The notes beneath the pieces are model-generated. The model saw nothing but the letters and a program-made list of their open reading frames with translations, had not been told where the DNA came from and made no database searches. The translations under genes were made by a program, and so were the position numbers. Shown here piece by piece: positions 1 through 9,746 of a stretch of 64,000 nucleotides of DNA (positions within the stretch are counted from its first letter, which is position 1; each line of letters opens with the position of its first letter). Source of the stretch: Candidatus Bathyarchaeota archaeon (lineage in GTDB: Archaea; Thermoproteota; Bathyarchaeia; Bathyarchaeales; Bathycorpusculaceae); contig CAVTBV010000013.1 of assembly GCA_963733095.1 (NCBI GenBank), forward strand, positions 384,001 to 448,000, given 5' to 3'.

Positions 1-462
1 CGCCAACGCACCAATGATGCCTCGGCAGGTGTTGAACCCGACTGCTTCAGCCCCCCACTTTTGAATGAGCACGGTTGCTTCTTTTAGGGTCACGATGGCG
101 GTTTCGGTTTTTTTCGCAAAAGCCTTCAGCTCCTCGGGTATTTCGCTATTTTGGTAGAAGACGATGCCGGGGTCGGTGCCTTTCTCTTTGACCGCCGATT
201 GTGCTTCCCACAGTTCCAAAGCCAACTCTTTTATTTGGGTTTCAAACTCGGCTTTATAAATGAATCGTAGGCATAGAGCGCCGTTGCCTCTGGTTTTCCA
301 AGGCACGTTGGGGTTAAGCCTAGTCAAAGCAGGATAATCGATAAACTTCACTTTGAATCTTTCAAGAAGTTTTTCAACGAGCACCGCGGCAAGGTAAGTG
401 GTACAGCCTCCCTTCGTTGAATCTGTATCATCTAACCCAATATGCATAGTCTGCTGTGTCAA
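1..462 (-). CDS. tiaS: tRNA(Ile2) 2-agmatinylcytidine synthetase (5' part; runs off the window)
   Basis: Manual minus-strand translation gives MHIGLDDTDSTKGGCTTY...LTRLNPNVPWKTRGNGALC, the TiaS N-terminal signature. Start is TTG at 462 or ATG at 447. Not in the ORF track. Confidence 0.9.
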   Translation of the reverse strand, partial: MTQQTMHIGLDDTDSTKGGCTTYLAAVLVEKLLERFKVKFIDYPALTRLNPNVPWKTRGNGALCLRFIYKAEFETQIKELALELWEAQSAVKEKGTDPGIVFYQNSEIPEELKAFAKKTETAIVTLKEATVLIQKWGAEAVGFNTCRGIIGALA

Positions 463-545
463 TTGCGGTTGCGCTCCAAGATAAAACAAGAAATGTGCGT
501 GGAAGGTAAAAAATATTGTTAGCTAAAAAAAGTTTAGACTTGGGA

Positions 546-830
546 CTATTGGATTAGTGGGCTTTCAAAAAGTGCTCGCTCTTGCAGCGCATTTTGGGGT
601 TTATCCGTGATTATCATGGTTAATTTTGAGTTTATTTGGCCGATTTTCTCGATGTGATGAGTAATTATGTTCTTGAGTTCTTCCATGCTTTCGGATTTAA
701 CATTAGCAATTATGTCGTAGACGCCCCAGAGAGTATTCACTTCTTCAACGCCTTCAACTCGCTTTAGGGCTCTGATAACTTGTTTTTCTGCTCCAATTTC
801 CGTGTTTATAAGAATATATGCTATGGGCAA
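546..830 (-). CDS. Lrp/AsnC ligand-binding-domain protein (no HTH)
   Basis: PIAYILINTEIG...GVYDIIANVK pattern; likely TTG start at 830 after a GGAG RBS (track ORF 546..902). Confidence 0.8.
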   Translation of the reverse strand: MPIAYILINTEIGAEKQVIRALKRVEGVEEVNTLWGVYDIIANVKSESMEELKNIITHHIEKIGQINSKLTMIITDKPQNALQERALFESPLIQ

Positions 831-1165
831 TTCTTTCTCCTCTTCGGGGTGGTGGTTGGTTTCAGAGGTTCGGGTGCTCTTTATCGTTCGAGGGGAACAC
901 AAAAAGTTTCATTGATATCCGAACCCCTTTATCCAACCGATTAAAAATTTTGTGCATCTGCTGGTAGCTAGAGCTTCGATTTCAGATGGGCTCTTTTTGG
1001 GCATTCCGTTTATTTGCAGGTTTGTTTTCATTTTGTCACTACCTGACGCACAGGAGTGATACATTGGTTAAAAATAATTTAAAATTATGTGACTGTATTG
1101 TGCTAGTCACAAATGTAACAACAAAGTTGGAATAATCCTTGTGTTTTAAAGAAAAGAAATGGTGT

Positions 1166-1402
1166 TTACTTGTCTTCGACGATAATCATCGTTAGTGTTG
1201 AACGTACTTTGTCCAGTCGCCTAATTCGCCAAGTAACAATTTCTTTCAGTTTGTCCATGGTGTCTGCTTTGACTCTTGCTACTATGTCGTAGACTCCGTA
1301 AACCGCTGAGGCTTCCTCTACACCCTCAACTTTTTTTAGCTCCTTTAAAACATCCGATTCAGAGCCTATCTCAGTATTTATTAACACAAACGCTGTAGGC
1401 AT
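1166..1402 (-). CDS. Lrp/AsnC ligand-binding-domain protein (no HTH)
   Basis: MPTAFVLINTEIG...VYGVYDIVARV...VRSTLT, a stand-alone RAM domain of 78 aa. Confidence 0.9.
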   Translation of the reverse strand: MPTAFVLINTEIGSESDVLKELKKVEGVEEASAVYGVYDIVARVKADTMDKLKEIVTWRIRRLDKVRSTLTMIIVEDK

Positions 1403-1418
1403 AACAATCCTCTAACAA

Positions 1419-2525
1419 TTACTTAGGATTAGTTTGCATTAAAATGTTTCCTTGCTGAACTTGTCCGGTTTGTCTGATAATTTTTATTCCAGCCCATTGC
1501 AGGGCAGAATAAGATATAATGAGTCGGAACCAAAGGTTCACCACCCTTGTCAGCAAGGTAACTGAGAAACTCAGATCAACCGGTATGCCTAAGAAAGTAA
1601 AGGTAGAAGTCATAACTATCTCGGTGAAACCAAAAATTGTTACCCCAACAGTCTGTAATGCTCCTGTCAAGGTAAAGACGATGAGTACTTTATCCACGGG
1701 TACAGGGTAGCCTAAAGCGATGAAAGTAAAAAAAACAACAGAGATTTCAAAGACAAAGCTAATAACTGCAAAGATTATTGGCCCAATTAACGCTTTAGGA
1801 TTTGCCTTTAATTGACCAAAGCCGACGTGAAAGTTGCCAAGTATTTCTTCGGTCTTATCCTTAAAATTTCGAGGGTTCCAACGTTTTCGGAAAAATAAAG
1901 CTATTTTTATTGACAAGTTCAGCAAGGTTTTGGTCGCTGTAGGCTTAATGCTAACATAATAGACGATGGATACACCCAGAATTGATAAACTCAAAATTGC
2001 GGTGATTAACAAAGCTGTTGCAAGCGACAAGGAATAATTAACAAGCACCAAACCCAAACCCGTCGTCAACGCAACGACACTAATAGTCATCGTGAAGATT
2101 TTTTGTCCAACCACTGACGCAACAATCTTTCCGGCATCAACCCTCGCGTCTTTAGTTAACATATAGGTCTTTGATACCTCCCCTGACCAGCCAAACTGCG
2201 GAACTGTTGCTTCAAAAAACAACCCGACCCACGTGAACAGAAAAGTTGTGCGTCTGCTAATTCTTACCGATAAACAGTTGAGTAATCCTTGCCAGACTAA
2301 CGACGAGAACAATGCAAACAGTGCATAAGCCACAAACGCAGCTGCGTAGATGCTAAGGTTGGTTTCCGAGAGAATGTCTATGACTTGTGTAGGATTAATG
2401 AAGAAGCAAACATAGAAGATGAAGGCGACTAAACCCAAAATCAAAACTATAGCAATGGGGTTTATGCGAAGGGGTTTTTTTGCTTGGGTCAATTTGGGTT
2501 TCAAGTCTTCTATAGACTTCGGCAA
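1419..2525 (-). CDS. Lysylphosphatidylglycerol synthase TM / flippase-like membrane protein (UPF0104)
   Basis: Multi-TM 368 aa with W...GLFFEATVP..SGE and LLTRVVNLW motifs. Confidence 0.75.
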   Translation of the reverse strand: MPKSIEDLKPKLTQAKKPLRINPIAIVLILGLVAFIFYVCFFINPTQVIDILSETNLSIYAAAFVAYALFALFSSLVWQGLLNCLSVRISRRTTFLFTWVGLFFEATVPQFGWSGEVSKTYMLTKDARVDAGKIVASVVGQKIFTMTISVVALTTGLGLVLVNYSLSLATALLITAILSLSILGVSIVYYVSIKPTATKTLLNLSIKIALFFRKRWNPRNFKDKTEEILGNFHVGFGQLKANPKALIGPIIFAVISFVFEISVVFFTFIALGYPVPVDKVLIVFTLTGALQTVGVTIFGFTEIVMTSTFTFLGIPVDLSFSVTLLTRVVNLWFRLIISYSALQWAGIKIIRQTGQVQQGNILMQTNPK

Positions 2526-2660
2526 ATTGACTTTTAAGGATTATACAAAACGAAGTTATGTAGCCCAAAGTTGCTAATGGGCTTAATGCTTTATTATGTT
2601 AAGCTGAAGCTTGATTCAAACAAAAGAAGAAAAATAAGCTAAAAATTTTGGCGGAAGCGT

Positions 2661-2894
2661 TTACTCTTCCATCATAATCAACGTTAGAGTTGAGCGGACC
2701 CTATTGAGTGTTCTTACTCTACGAGTTACCATGTCCTTGAGTTTCTCCATCGAGTCAGCTTTGACCTTAGCAATAATGTCGTAGACGCCATAAGAAAAGT
2801 AGGCTTCCTCTACACCCTCAATTGTTTTCAATTCTTTAACTATGTCTTCTTCTGCTCCTGATTCAACATTTATCAATACAAAGGCTTGTGGCAT
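2661..2894 (-). CDS. Lrp/AsnC ligand-binding-domain protein (no HTH)
   Basis: MPQAFVLINVESG...YGVYDIIAKV...VRSTLT; paralog of 1166..1402. Confidence 0.9.
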   Translation of the reverse strand: MPQAFVLINVESGAEEDIVKELKTIEGVEEAYFSYGVYDIIAKVKADSMEKLKDMVTRRVRTLNRVRSTLTLIMMEE

Positions 2895-3024
2895 TATGAG
2901 TCTCCAAGTAATAATAAGAACCCCTTAGTAATTAATATTTTATGCAGTAAACGGATATTTATAGAAAGAGACCACAAATTTTATGAGCTTAAGCCTTCTA
3001 TGAGCATGATTTGAGGCGTAACAA

Positions 3025-3359
3025 GTGGTTTATTGTTCAAAATGCGGCACCCTCAACTCTGACACTGATAATAATTGTTCAAACTGCACGCACCCCTTTC
3101 TATAACTCAAAACAGACCTTACTCAAAGTACGGAAGACGACGATATTGCCAAGAGCAACACGGATACCGTCAAAGAGGAAATGATGTCGGGCTTCTCATC
3201 GCAGGCTTATTTATCGTTCTAATCGGGTTAGCTGCCTTCTCGGGTTTTGCCGCGTTCTGGAACTATTTCTGGCCCATAGTAATTATTCTAGTCGGCGTCT
3301 GGATTCTTGTGCAGGGATTAAGACATAACCGCAAATACAAGCAAACCTCACCCTTATAG
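3025..3359 (+). pseudogene. Zinc-ribbon membrane protein, frameshifted
   Basis: GTG at 3025 gives VVYCSKCGTLNSDTDNNCSNC; a 1-nt deletion near 3088 then shifts into the frame APLS...TM helices (track ORF 3075..3359). Confidence 0.65.
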
Positions 3360-3476
3360 TCTAAACCTTACACCTTTTCAGTAATGAACATGCCTGATTG
3401 CACGTTTTTACAGCTTGGCACACAAAAGAGTTATATTAATTTAGCATGAAAGGAGTAGGTTATTGCGGGGAAAAGC

Positions 3477-5105
3477 ATGGTTAAGTACATTTTCGTAACA
3501 GGCGGCGTGTTGAGTTCAGTCGGCAAAGGCATCTTAACTTCCTCCATTGGAAAAATGCTTCAAGCAAGAGGACTAAAACCAACAGTTGTTAAAATCGACC
3601 CTTACGTCAACATTGATGCGGGAACAATGAATCCGTACATGCACGGCGAAGTTTTCGTAACCGACGACGGTGGCGAAACCGACTTGGATCTCGGCTGGTA
3701 CGAACGCTTCTTGGATTTAAGCCTAAAACAAGAAAACAACTTAACCACAGGAACAATCTATCGTTCCATAATTGAAAAAGAACGCCACGGCGACTTCTTA
3801 GGACGCTGCGTCCAGATTGTTCCGCATGTAACTAACGAAATAAAAAACCGCATCAGAAACGCCGCCAAAATGGTAAACGCTGAAATCGTACTAACAGAGG
3901 TCGGCGGCACAGTTGGCGACATCGAGGGCTTACCGTTTCTTGAAGCCATACGCCAGATGCGGGTAGAAGAAGGCTACGAGAATACACTCTACGTTCACGT
4001 AGCTTTGGTTCCAGTTTTAGACGTTACGGGCGAAATGAAGACTAAACCCCTCCAGCATAGCGTAAACGAATTGCGACGCATTGGTATTCAACCCGACACG
4101 ATCGTAGCTCGAAGCCCACATATGATTGACGCTGAAGCACTCAGAAAAATCGCGTTATTCGGCACCATTCCTGAAAGCGCTGTTTTCTGCTCATACAATG
4201 CTGAAACAGTCTATCAGGTCCCGCTTATTCTTGACAAGCAGGGCATGGGCGATTTTATTTGTCAACGCTTGGGATTCAAATGTGAAGGCAAAGATTTCGG
4301 TCAATGGCAAATCTTCGTTGACGGCATGGTTAATCCTGAGCATGAGGTAAAGATTGCTTTGGTCGGAAAGTACGCCGGATTATCTGATAGTTACGTTAGC
4401 ATGACTGAAGCATTACGGCACGGTGGCGCAGCATGCAAGACCAAAGTCTGCATATCATACTTAGAAGCAGAAAAATTTGAGCGGGAACCCCAATGCCTCA
4501 AAGACCTGTCAAATTTTGATGGCGTCTTTGTTCCCTATGGGTTTGGTCCAAGAGGAACAGAAGGTAAAATCGCCGCCGCTAGGTACGCAAGAGAAAACGA
4601 CATTCCATTCTTGGGAATTTGCTATGGCTTCCAGTTAGCAGTTATTGAATTTGCTCGCAATGTCTGCGGTTTAACAGATGCCAACAGCACCGAAATAAAC
4701 CCAGACACACCCTACCCCGTCATCGACCTTATGCCTGAGCAACGCGGAATCGAAACCAAAGGAGCAACTATGCGTCTGGGCGCGCATAAAGTGGTTTTGC
4801 AGAAGGGAAGCTTAGCCTATAGCATGTTTGGGCAAGAAGATATTCATGAGCGTCATCGTCACCGTTTCGAAGTAAACCTCGACTACATCGATGCCCTCAA
4901 AAACAACGGTTTACGCTTTACAGGAAAGAGCAGCGATGGCAGAAGAATGGAAACTTTAGAGTTGCCTGATAAATACTTCTATTTTGCCAGCCAATTCCAC
5001 GGTGAATTCAGAAGTCGCCCGGGAAGACCTTCACCCGAATACCTTGGTTTCATCCAAGCCTGTGTTAACCGCAAGCTGGGTAAACCCAAAGCCCCCCTCC
5101 CATAA
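3477..5105 (+). CDS. pyrG: CTP synthase
   Basis: [34 protein letters not shown] and HRHRFE motifs; 542 aa. Confidence 0.98.
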   Translation: MVKYIFVTGGVLSSVGKGILTSSIGKMLQARGLKPTVVKIDPYVNIDAGTMNPYMHGEVFVTDDGGETDLDLGWYERFLDLSLKQENNLTTGTIYRSIIEKERHGDFLGRCVQIVPHVTNEIKNRIRNAAKMVNAEIVLTEVGGTVGDIEGLPFLEAIRQMRVEEGYENTLYVHVALVPVLDVTGEMKTKPLQHSVNELRRIGIQPDTIVARSPHMIDAEALRKIALFGTIPESAVFCSYNAETVYQVPLILDKQGMGDFICQRLGFKCEGKDFGQWQIFVDGMVNPEHEVKIALVGKYAGLSDSYVSMTEALRHGGAACKTKVCISYLEAEKFEREPQCLKDLSNFDGVFVPYGFGPRGTEGKIAAARYARENDIPFLGICYGFQLAVIEFARNVCGLTDANSTEINPDTPYPVIDLMPEQRGIETKGATMRLGAHKVVLQKGSLAYSMFGQEDIHERHRHRFEVNLDYIDALKNNGLRFTGKSSDGRRMETLELPDKYFYFASQFHGEFRSRPGRPSPEYLGFIQACVNRKLGKPKAPLP

Positions 5106-5184
5106 ACCTCTTTTTGTCTTTGAATGGCGGCGTTTACTAGAAAAGGCTATAATGCGCCGTTGACATTTCTGCCTAAAGGATCGA

Positions 5185-5481
5185 TTGAAAATGGAACCTA
5201 CTGGAAAAAGAGATTCAGATGCTTATAGCAAAAAAATGACTGAAAGCAAAGATGAACTAACCCTGTTACAAGAAGAACTCAACAATGTAATCGTAAGATT
5301 TGTATTACGTGCGTTGCGCGTGTATCAATCAACAAGACCTGAACCGTTGCGTGTCAACGAAATTGCATTGCTTGTTCGAAACGAAATCAAAAATGTTTTA
5401 ATAGATTTAAATGATCAGACAAACACCGACAACTTGGCAAAGTTAGCTAAAGAAGCCTGGGTCAAAGAAACCAAACAATAA
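5185..5481 (+). CDS. Hypothetical helical protein
   Basis: 98-aa ORF with an upstream TATA-like sequence and a downstream T-tract. Confidence 0.6.
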   Translation: MKMEPTGKRDSDAYSKKMTESKDELTLLQEELNNVIVRFVLRALRVYQSTRPEPLRVNEIALLVRNEIKNVLIDLNDQTNTDNLAKLAKEAWVKETKQ

Positions 5482-5581
5482 TTTTTCTTATTTTTTTCTG
5501 TCTAAACCTTGGCAGAAACATATGTTTTGTTCGATTGTTTGGAAAAATGTTGGTAAATAAAAAACTAAAATTGGGAAGAAA

Positions 5582-6004
5582 TTATTTTCGGCGGCAGAAT
5601 TCTTCCATTATTGACATCAATTTTGGAACCGCGTAGACGATTGCTCTATCATCCAATAAGCCTACGAGGGCGCCTTGTTTGTCAACGACTGGTAAGTGTT
5701 TGATATTCCAGTGTTTCATAAGTTTTGCTGCTTCTTCAACAGTTGCATTTTCGTCGATAACTACAAGTGGATTTGTGTAGACCATTCTTGCGATGACTGT
5801 TTTGAGTGGAACATTAGCTTCAACTGCTCTGATCAGTACGTCTTTGACGGTGATGATTCCGGTTGGTTTTCCGCTTTGGACAACGAGGATTGCGTCTTTG
5901 TCGAATTTGTTCATTATTGCAACTACTTCTTGCATTACAGTGTTGTTGTTTACGACTTTAACGTCTTTTTGCATGATGTCTTTTACAACGACATTACTTG
6001 CCAT
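5582..6004 (-). CDS. CBS-domain pair protein
   Basis: VKDIM...GIITVKD and EAAKLM...IKHLPVVD motifs. Confidence 0.9.
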   Translation of the reverse strand: MASNVVVKDIMQKDVKVVNNNTVMQEVVAIMNKFDKDAILVVQSGKPTGIITVKDVLIRAVEANVPLKTVIARMVYTNPLVVIDENATVEEAAKLMKHWNIKHLPVVDKQGALVGLLDDRAIVYAVPKLMSIMEEFCRRK

Positions 6005-6306
6005 TCAATTTTCACCTATAACGCTATCACAGAAGCATTTGTTGTTTATCAATTTTACGATTATTGAGGCTTATCTAATGTCTTCTTTAAGTTGGCGACT
6101 GTCTTGTTTTTTATTAGTAATTGTAATAGAACCATGTTATACCACAACTGCAACCCTCAGACGCCGTTAGGTGCTGCATTTTGTCCTCTGATTTAGCTTT
6201 TATTTGAAGACAGGCTGTGCAAGCCCCCATCTTGCTATAAAATCCAAAGTTGCATTAATGTGACGTATATAGTGTTGTGAGTTACAAAAGTAATCCATAT
6301 AGGATA

Positions 6307-6560
6307 CTAGAATTGAAGCTGTGTGATCTGAATTAGATTGCCACAGGTGTCATCCAACACTGCGATGGTCGAACCCGTACCCTTTAGCTCTTTTGGCTCG
6401 ATAGTAAACTTCAAGCCAAGCTTTTTCAATCGTTCACGCTCTTTTTGTATATCATCCACAACGAATAATGTTGCCTTAATACCCTGCTTAAAAAGAGCGT
6501 GTAAAACTTGAGAGCTTTGCTCTGATCATTAACGTACACGATAGTATACTTAATCCTTAT
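6307..6560 (-). pseudogene. VOC/glyoxalase family remnant with internal deletion
   Basis: Minus strand gives IKYTIVYVNDQSKALKFYT, then out of frame ALFKQGIKATLFVVDDIQKERERLKKLG...AVLDDTCGNLIQITQ*; the middle is missing. Confidence 0.75.
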
Positions 6561-6652
6561 AAAATCAGCAGTTGTAATTATCTTAAAAATAATAAGCTTG
6601 CGCCAAGAATTACATTTTAATATGATAAAAAGAAAGATTCTACTGTGATATT

Positions 6653-7084
6653 ATGACCCAGATTCAGCGAGGCGATGCAAAAAGTGGTCCCCAAAGAGTC
6701 AAATCTGCATCTCAACTGATAGACGCGAGAATCCGGGAGCTAGGCGACTGGCGCGGAGAGATGCTTTCCCGCCTCCGCACTTTAATTAAGCAAGCCGACC
6801 CCGAAGTCGTTGAGGAAGTAAAGTGGGTAAAGCCGACCAATCCGCTGGGCACCGCGGTTTGGTCTCACAACGGGTTGATCTGCACCGGCGAGACCTACAA
6901 GAATGTCGTAAAGATGACATTCCCAAAGGGCGCTTCGCTGGATGACTCATCAAGTCTCTTCAATTCTTGTCTCGAAGGTAGCGCGAGACGAGCCATCGAC
7001 TCCCACGAAGGCGACAAGGTTAACGAGGAAGCTCTGAAAACTCTTATTCGCGCCGCCGTGGCCCTGAACACGTCCTCGACATAG
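6653..7084 (+). CDS. DUF1801 (YdhG-like) protein
   Basis: GDWRGEMLSRLR...EEVKW...WSHNGLICTGETYKNVVKMTF; visibly more GC-rich than its neighbours. Confidence 0.85.
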   Translation: MTQIQRGDAKSGPQRVKSASQLIDARIRELGDWRGEMLSRLRTLIKQADPEVVEEVKWVKPTNPLGTAVWSHNGLICTGETYKNVVKMTFPKGASLDDSSSLFNSCLEGSARRAIDSHEGDKVNEEALKTLIRAAVALNTSST

Positions 7085-7250
7085 ATGGTTGATGGGATTC
7101 TAACTCGCTACTTCACTAATTTCACCAGACAACGATCTTTCGTTGTAAAGGAAGCGGCTCTGTGGTCAAGCCATTCTTAGATAAGAGAAGCTTGAAACAA
7201 CTTTGTTAAAAAGGTGTAATCCTTAAAGGCTCGTTTCTTTTATTTTAAAT

Positions 7251-7772
7251 TTGAAGGCACCGATTTTGAATAGCAACTCCAAAGACATCGAACGGTTTGG
7301 CACATGCTTAGATAAGGCTAAAAATTACGCTGAAGTCTGGAAAATCGTGAAGGAAACCGTAGAGTTCGCGTTGGGCAAACGCAGGGATAGCATGATGCTA
7401 TTTTTGGATGATTTGCCATTGCAGCTGGGAGCATACTACCCCGTCGGAACAAACAACATCGTCTTAAACCGTGCGCTCGTTGAAATCGTCGAGTCAGCAA
7501 TGAGTGATAAACCCACAGTTAATGCATTAATCTATAACCTTTTGCTCCACGAATATCTTCATGCATTAGGTGAAATGTCTGAAACGGGAGTTAGATGCGA
7601 AGTTGTTGAGGTAGCAAAGAAAAGCTTCGGAGAAACCCACATTGCCACGGTGGTTGCGTGTAAGTCGCCTTGGGTTTTGCTTAAAGATATTCCGCTTGGA
7701 CCCTACAATGCGCCTAAGCGTGTGATGGAGATTGTTCGGGATTTCGAGAAAACAGGAAAATACATCGTTTAA
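7251..7772 (+). CDS. Putative zinc metallopeptidase-like protein (HExxH)
   Basis: LLLHEYLHALG motif. Confidence 0.6.
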   Translation: MKAPILNSNSKDIERFGTCLDKAKNYAEVWKIVKETVEFALGKRRDSMMLFLDDLPLQLGAYYPVGTNNIVLNRALVEIVESAMSDKPTVNALIYNLLLHEYLHALGEMSETGVRCEVVEVAKKSFGETHIATVVACKSPWVLLKDIPLGPYNAPKRVMEIVRDFEKTGKYIV

Positions 7773-7838
7773 ATTTTGAGTTGCAGTGCCCTATTGGTTG
7801 TACTAAAATTGAAATAGTTAAACGCCCCATTATTATTC

Positions 7839-8699
7839 GTGGTTTGCGTTATGTTTGAAAATATTCTTCTCCCGTTAGATGGCTCTCACTCGTGTCAGAG
7901 GGCAAGAGAACTAGCAGCCACAATCGCCAAACAATTTGGATCAAAAGTCACGGTGTTGCATGTAATTTCCTATGACTTTATGCATCCTGAATTAAAAGCC
8001 AGCTATGAGTTGCCACAGTTGGTTTTAGAAGAACTCGATAAAGCCTACCAGAAAGCAGGTGAAAAAATCATTAAGGCAGCGGAAGAATTTTTCCTTGAAG
8101 AAAACATTCCTGTAGATGCCCTTCTTGAAAAAGCCGAAGACCCCGCTGACAGAATTCTGCAGAAAGTGAAGGCACTAAACTGCGACCTTATAGTGATGGG
8201 AAATATCGCGGAAGAACATGCCCACCGTTATTCGCTTGGCAGTGTAGCGGACAAAGTTTCGTTACATGCTCCCTGTTCAGTTTTGATTGCAAAGAGAAAA
8301 ACAGGAATCGGCAAATTGCTCGTGGGGTTTGATAGCTCCGAACAAGCCATTAAAGCGCTCAAGTATTCTGTTGAATTGTGTAAGCATTTTGAACATGCTA
8401 AAATGACGATACTTAATGTTGAGAACGGTGAATTGCATAGATTAGAACCCGCTCTAACCGAAAAAGTCGGCGAAAAAATACTAAACAAAGCCTCTACCCA
8501 TGTTGATGGGGTTGTTTGCGATAGGCGTTTAGAATATGGGCAGCCTGCTGAGATGATTATGAAAATATCAAAGATTGACGATTATGACCTTATCGTGCTT
8601 GGAAGCCGAGGCTTAAGCAGCATCAGAAGATTCTTGATTGGAAGCGTAGGCACCTATGTCAGTATGAATGCTGAACGTTCAGTGTTACTTGTTCGATAG
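7839..8699 (+). CDS. Tandem universal stress protein
   Basis: Two Usp domains (ILLPLDGS...GSVADKV; LLVGFDSS...GSRG...IGSV). Confidence 0.92.
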   Translation: MVCVMFENILLPLDGSHSCQRARELAATIAKQFGSKVTVLHVISYDFMHPELKASYELPQLVLEELDKAYQKAGEKIIKAAEEFFLEENIPVDALLEKAEDPADRILQKVKALNCDLIVMGNIAEEHAHRYSLGSVADKVSLHAPCSVLIAKRKTGIGKLLVGFDSSEQAIKALKYSVELCKHFEHAKMTILNVENGELHRLEPALTEKVGEKILNKASTHVDGVVCDRRLEYGQPAEMIMKISKIDDYDLIVLGSRGLSSIRRFLIGSVGTYVSMNAERSVLLVR

Positions 8700-8855
8700 T
8701 CCTAAAAAATAATTCCTTAAACTCTTTTATTTTCCCACAGCGGTTTATTAGTCAAAATTTTTTGTCCTTGAGATGGTAAGGCTACATTTTTTGAATGTTG
8801 AAGTTCAAAGCTTAAATGGAACAACCACGTTTCACTTCCAAAAGAGGAAAAACAG

Positions 8856-9746
8856 GTGGCTAACCAAAGAATCCAAGACGGCGACTATGTGCTAATCTAC
8901 TTAGATGCTCGTAGAACTTACATGATAAAGATACAGGCAGGACAAACCTTCCACACTCACAAAGGCTACCTTAAACTCGACGAGCTCATCGGCAAAGAAT
9001 ACGGCGAATCCATCAAGAGCAGCCTCGGCATCTACTTCACCACCCTAAAACCTAGCTTAACGGATTACATCATGAAGTCCAGTCGCAACACACAGATTAT
9101 TTATCCCAAAGACGCCGCCTTAATCGTTATGTTCAGTGGGATTGGACCGGGAAGCCGCGTGGTTGAATCGGGCACGGGCACGGGCTCATTAACAACAGCG
9201 TTGGCACATTACGTTGGTCCAACAGGAAAAGTCTACACTTACGAGTTACGACCTGAATTCCAAAAAAACGCAGCCAAAAACCTACAGCGTTCCAACCTCA
9301 TCGACTATGTTGAAATGAAAAGTGGCGACGTCACTGCAACCGGATATGAGGAGCGTGACGTTGATGCTGTGATTTTGGACCTTGCGGTTCCATGGCTTGT
9401 GGTTCCGCACGCTTACACTGCGCTGAAACCCTCAGGGGTACTTATTTCGTTTAGCCCCACAATTGACCAAGTCGTGAAAACCACCGAAGCCCTGCGCGAA
9501 ATCGGTTTTGTCTTCATCGAAACAGTCGAGTGCTTGATGCGTACCATGCAGGTGGAACGCGGAAAAACCCGACCTAACACAATGATGACTGGACACACAG
9601 GCTACATTACGCATGCCCGAAAAATCCTGAAACCACCCGTCCAAGAAACACCGCAGGCACCGCTTCAAGAACTAACTACAATACAGGACGTATCTGCAGA
9701 CCAAGAAGAAAATTTTGAAGATGTGGCAGAAGAAGAAACTGCCTAA
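8856..9746 (+). CDS. trmI: tRNA (adenine-N1)-methyltransferase
   Basis: TQIIYPKD, VESGTGTGSLT, DAVILDLAVPW and GHTGYI motifs. Confidence 0.95.
   Translation: MANQRIQDGDYVLIYLDARRTYMIKIQAGQTFHTHKGYLKLDELIGKEYGESIKSSLGIYFTTLKPSLTDYIMKSSRNTQIIYPKDAALIVMFSGIGPGSRVVESGTGTGSLTTALAHYVGPTGKVYTYELRPEFQKNAAKNLQRSNLIDYVEMKSGDVTATGYEERDVDAVILDLAVPWLVVPHAYTALKPSGVLISFSPTIDQVVKTTEALREIGFVFIETVECLMRTMQVERGKTRPNTMMTGHTGYITHARKILKPPVQETPQAPLQELTTIQDVSADQEENFEDVAEEETA

Noticed and set aside
8745-8772. TTATTAGTCAA-AATTTT-TTGTCC, a near match to the cassette palindrome
   Set aside because: The right arm is mismatched and it lies between two core genes; it may be chance in AT-rich DNA, so it was not counted.
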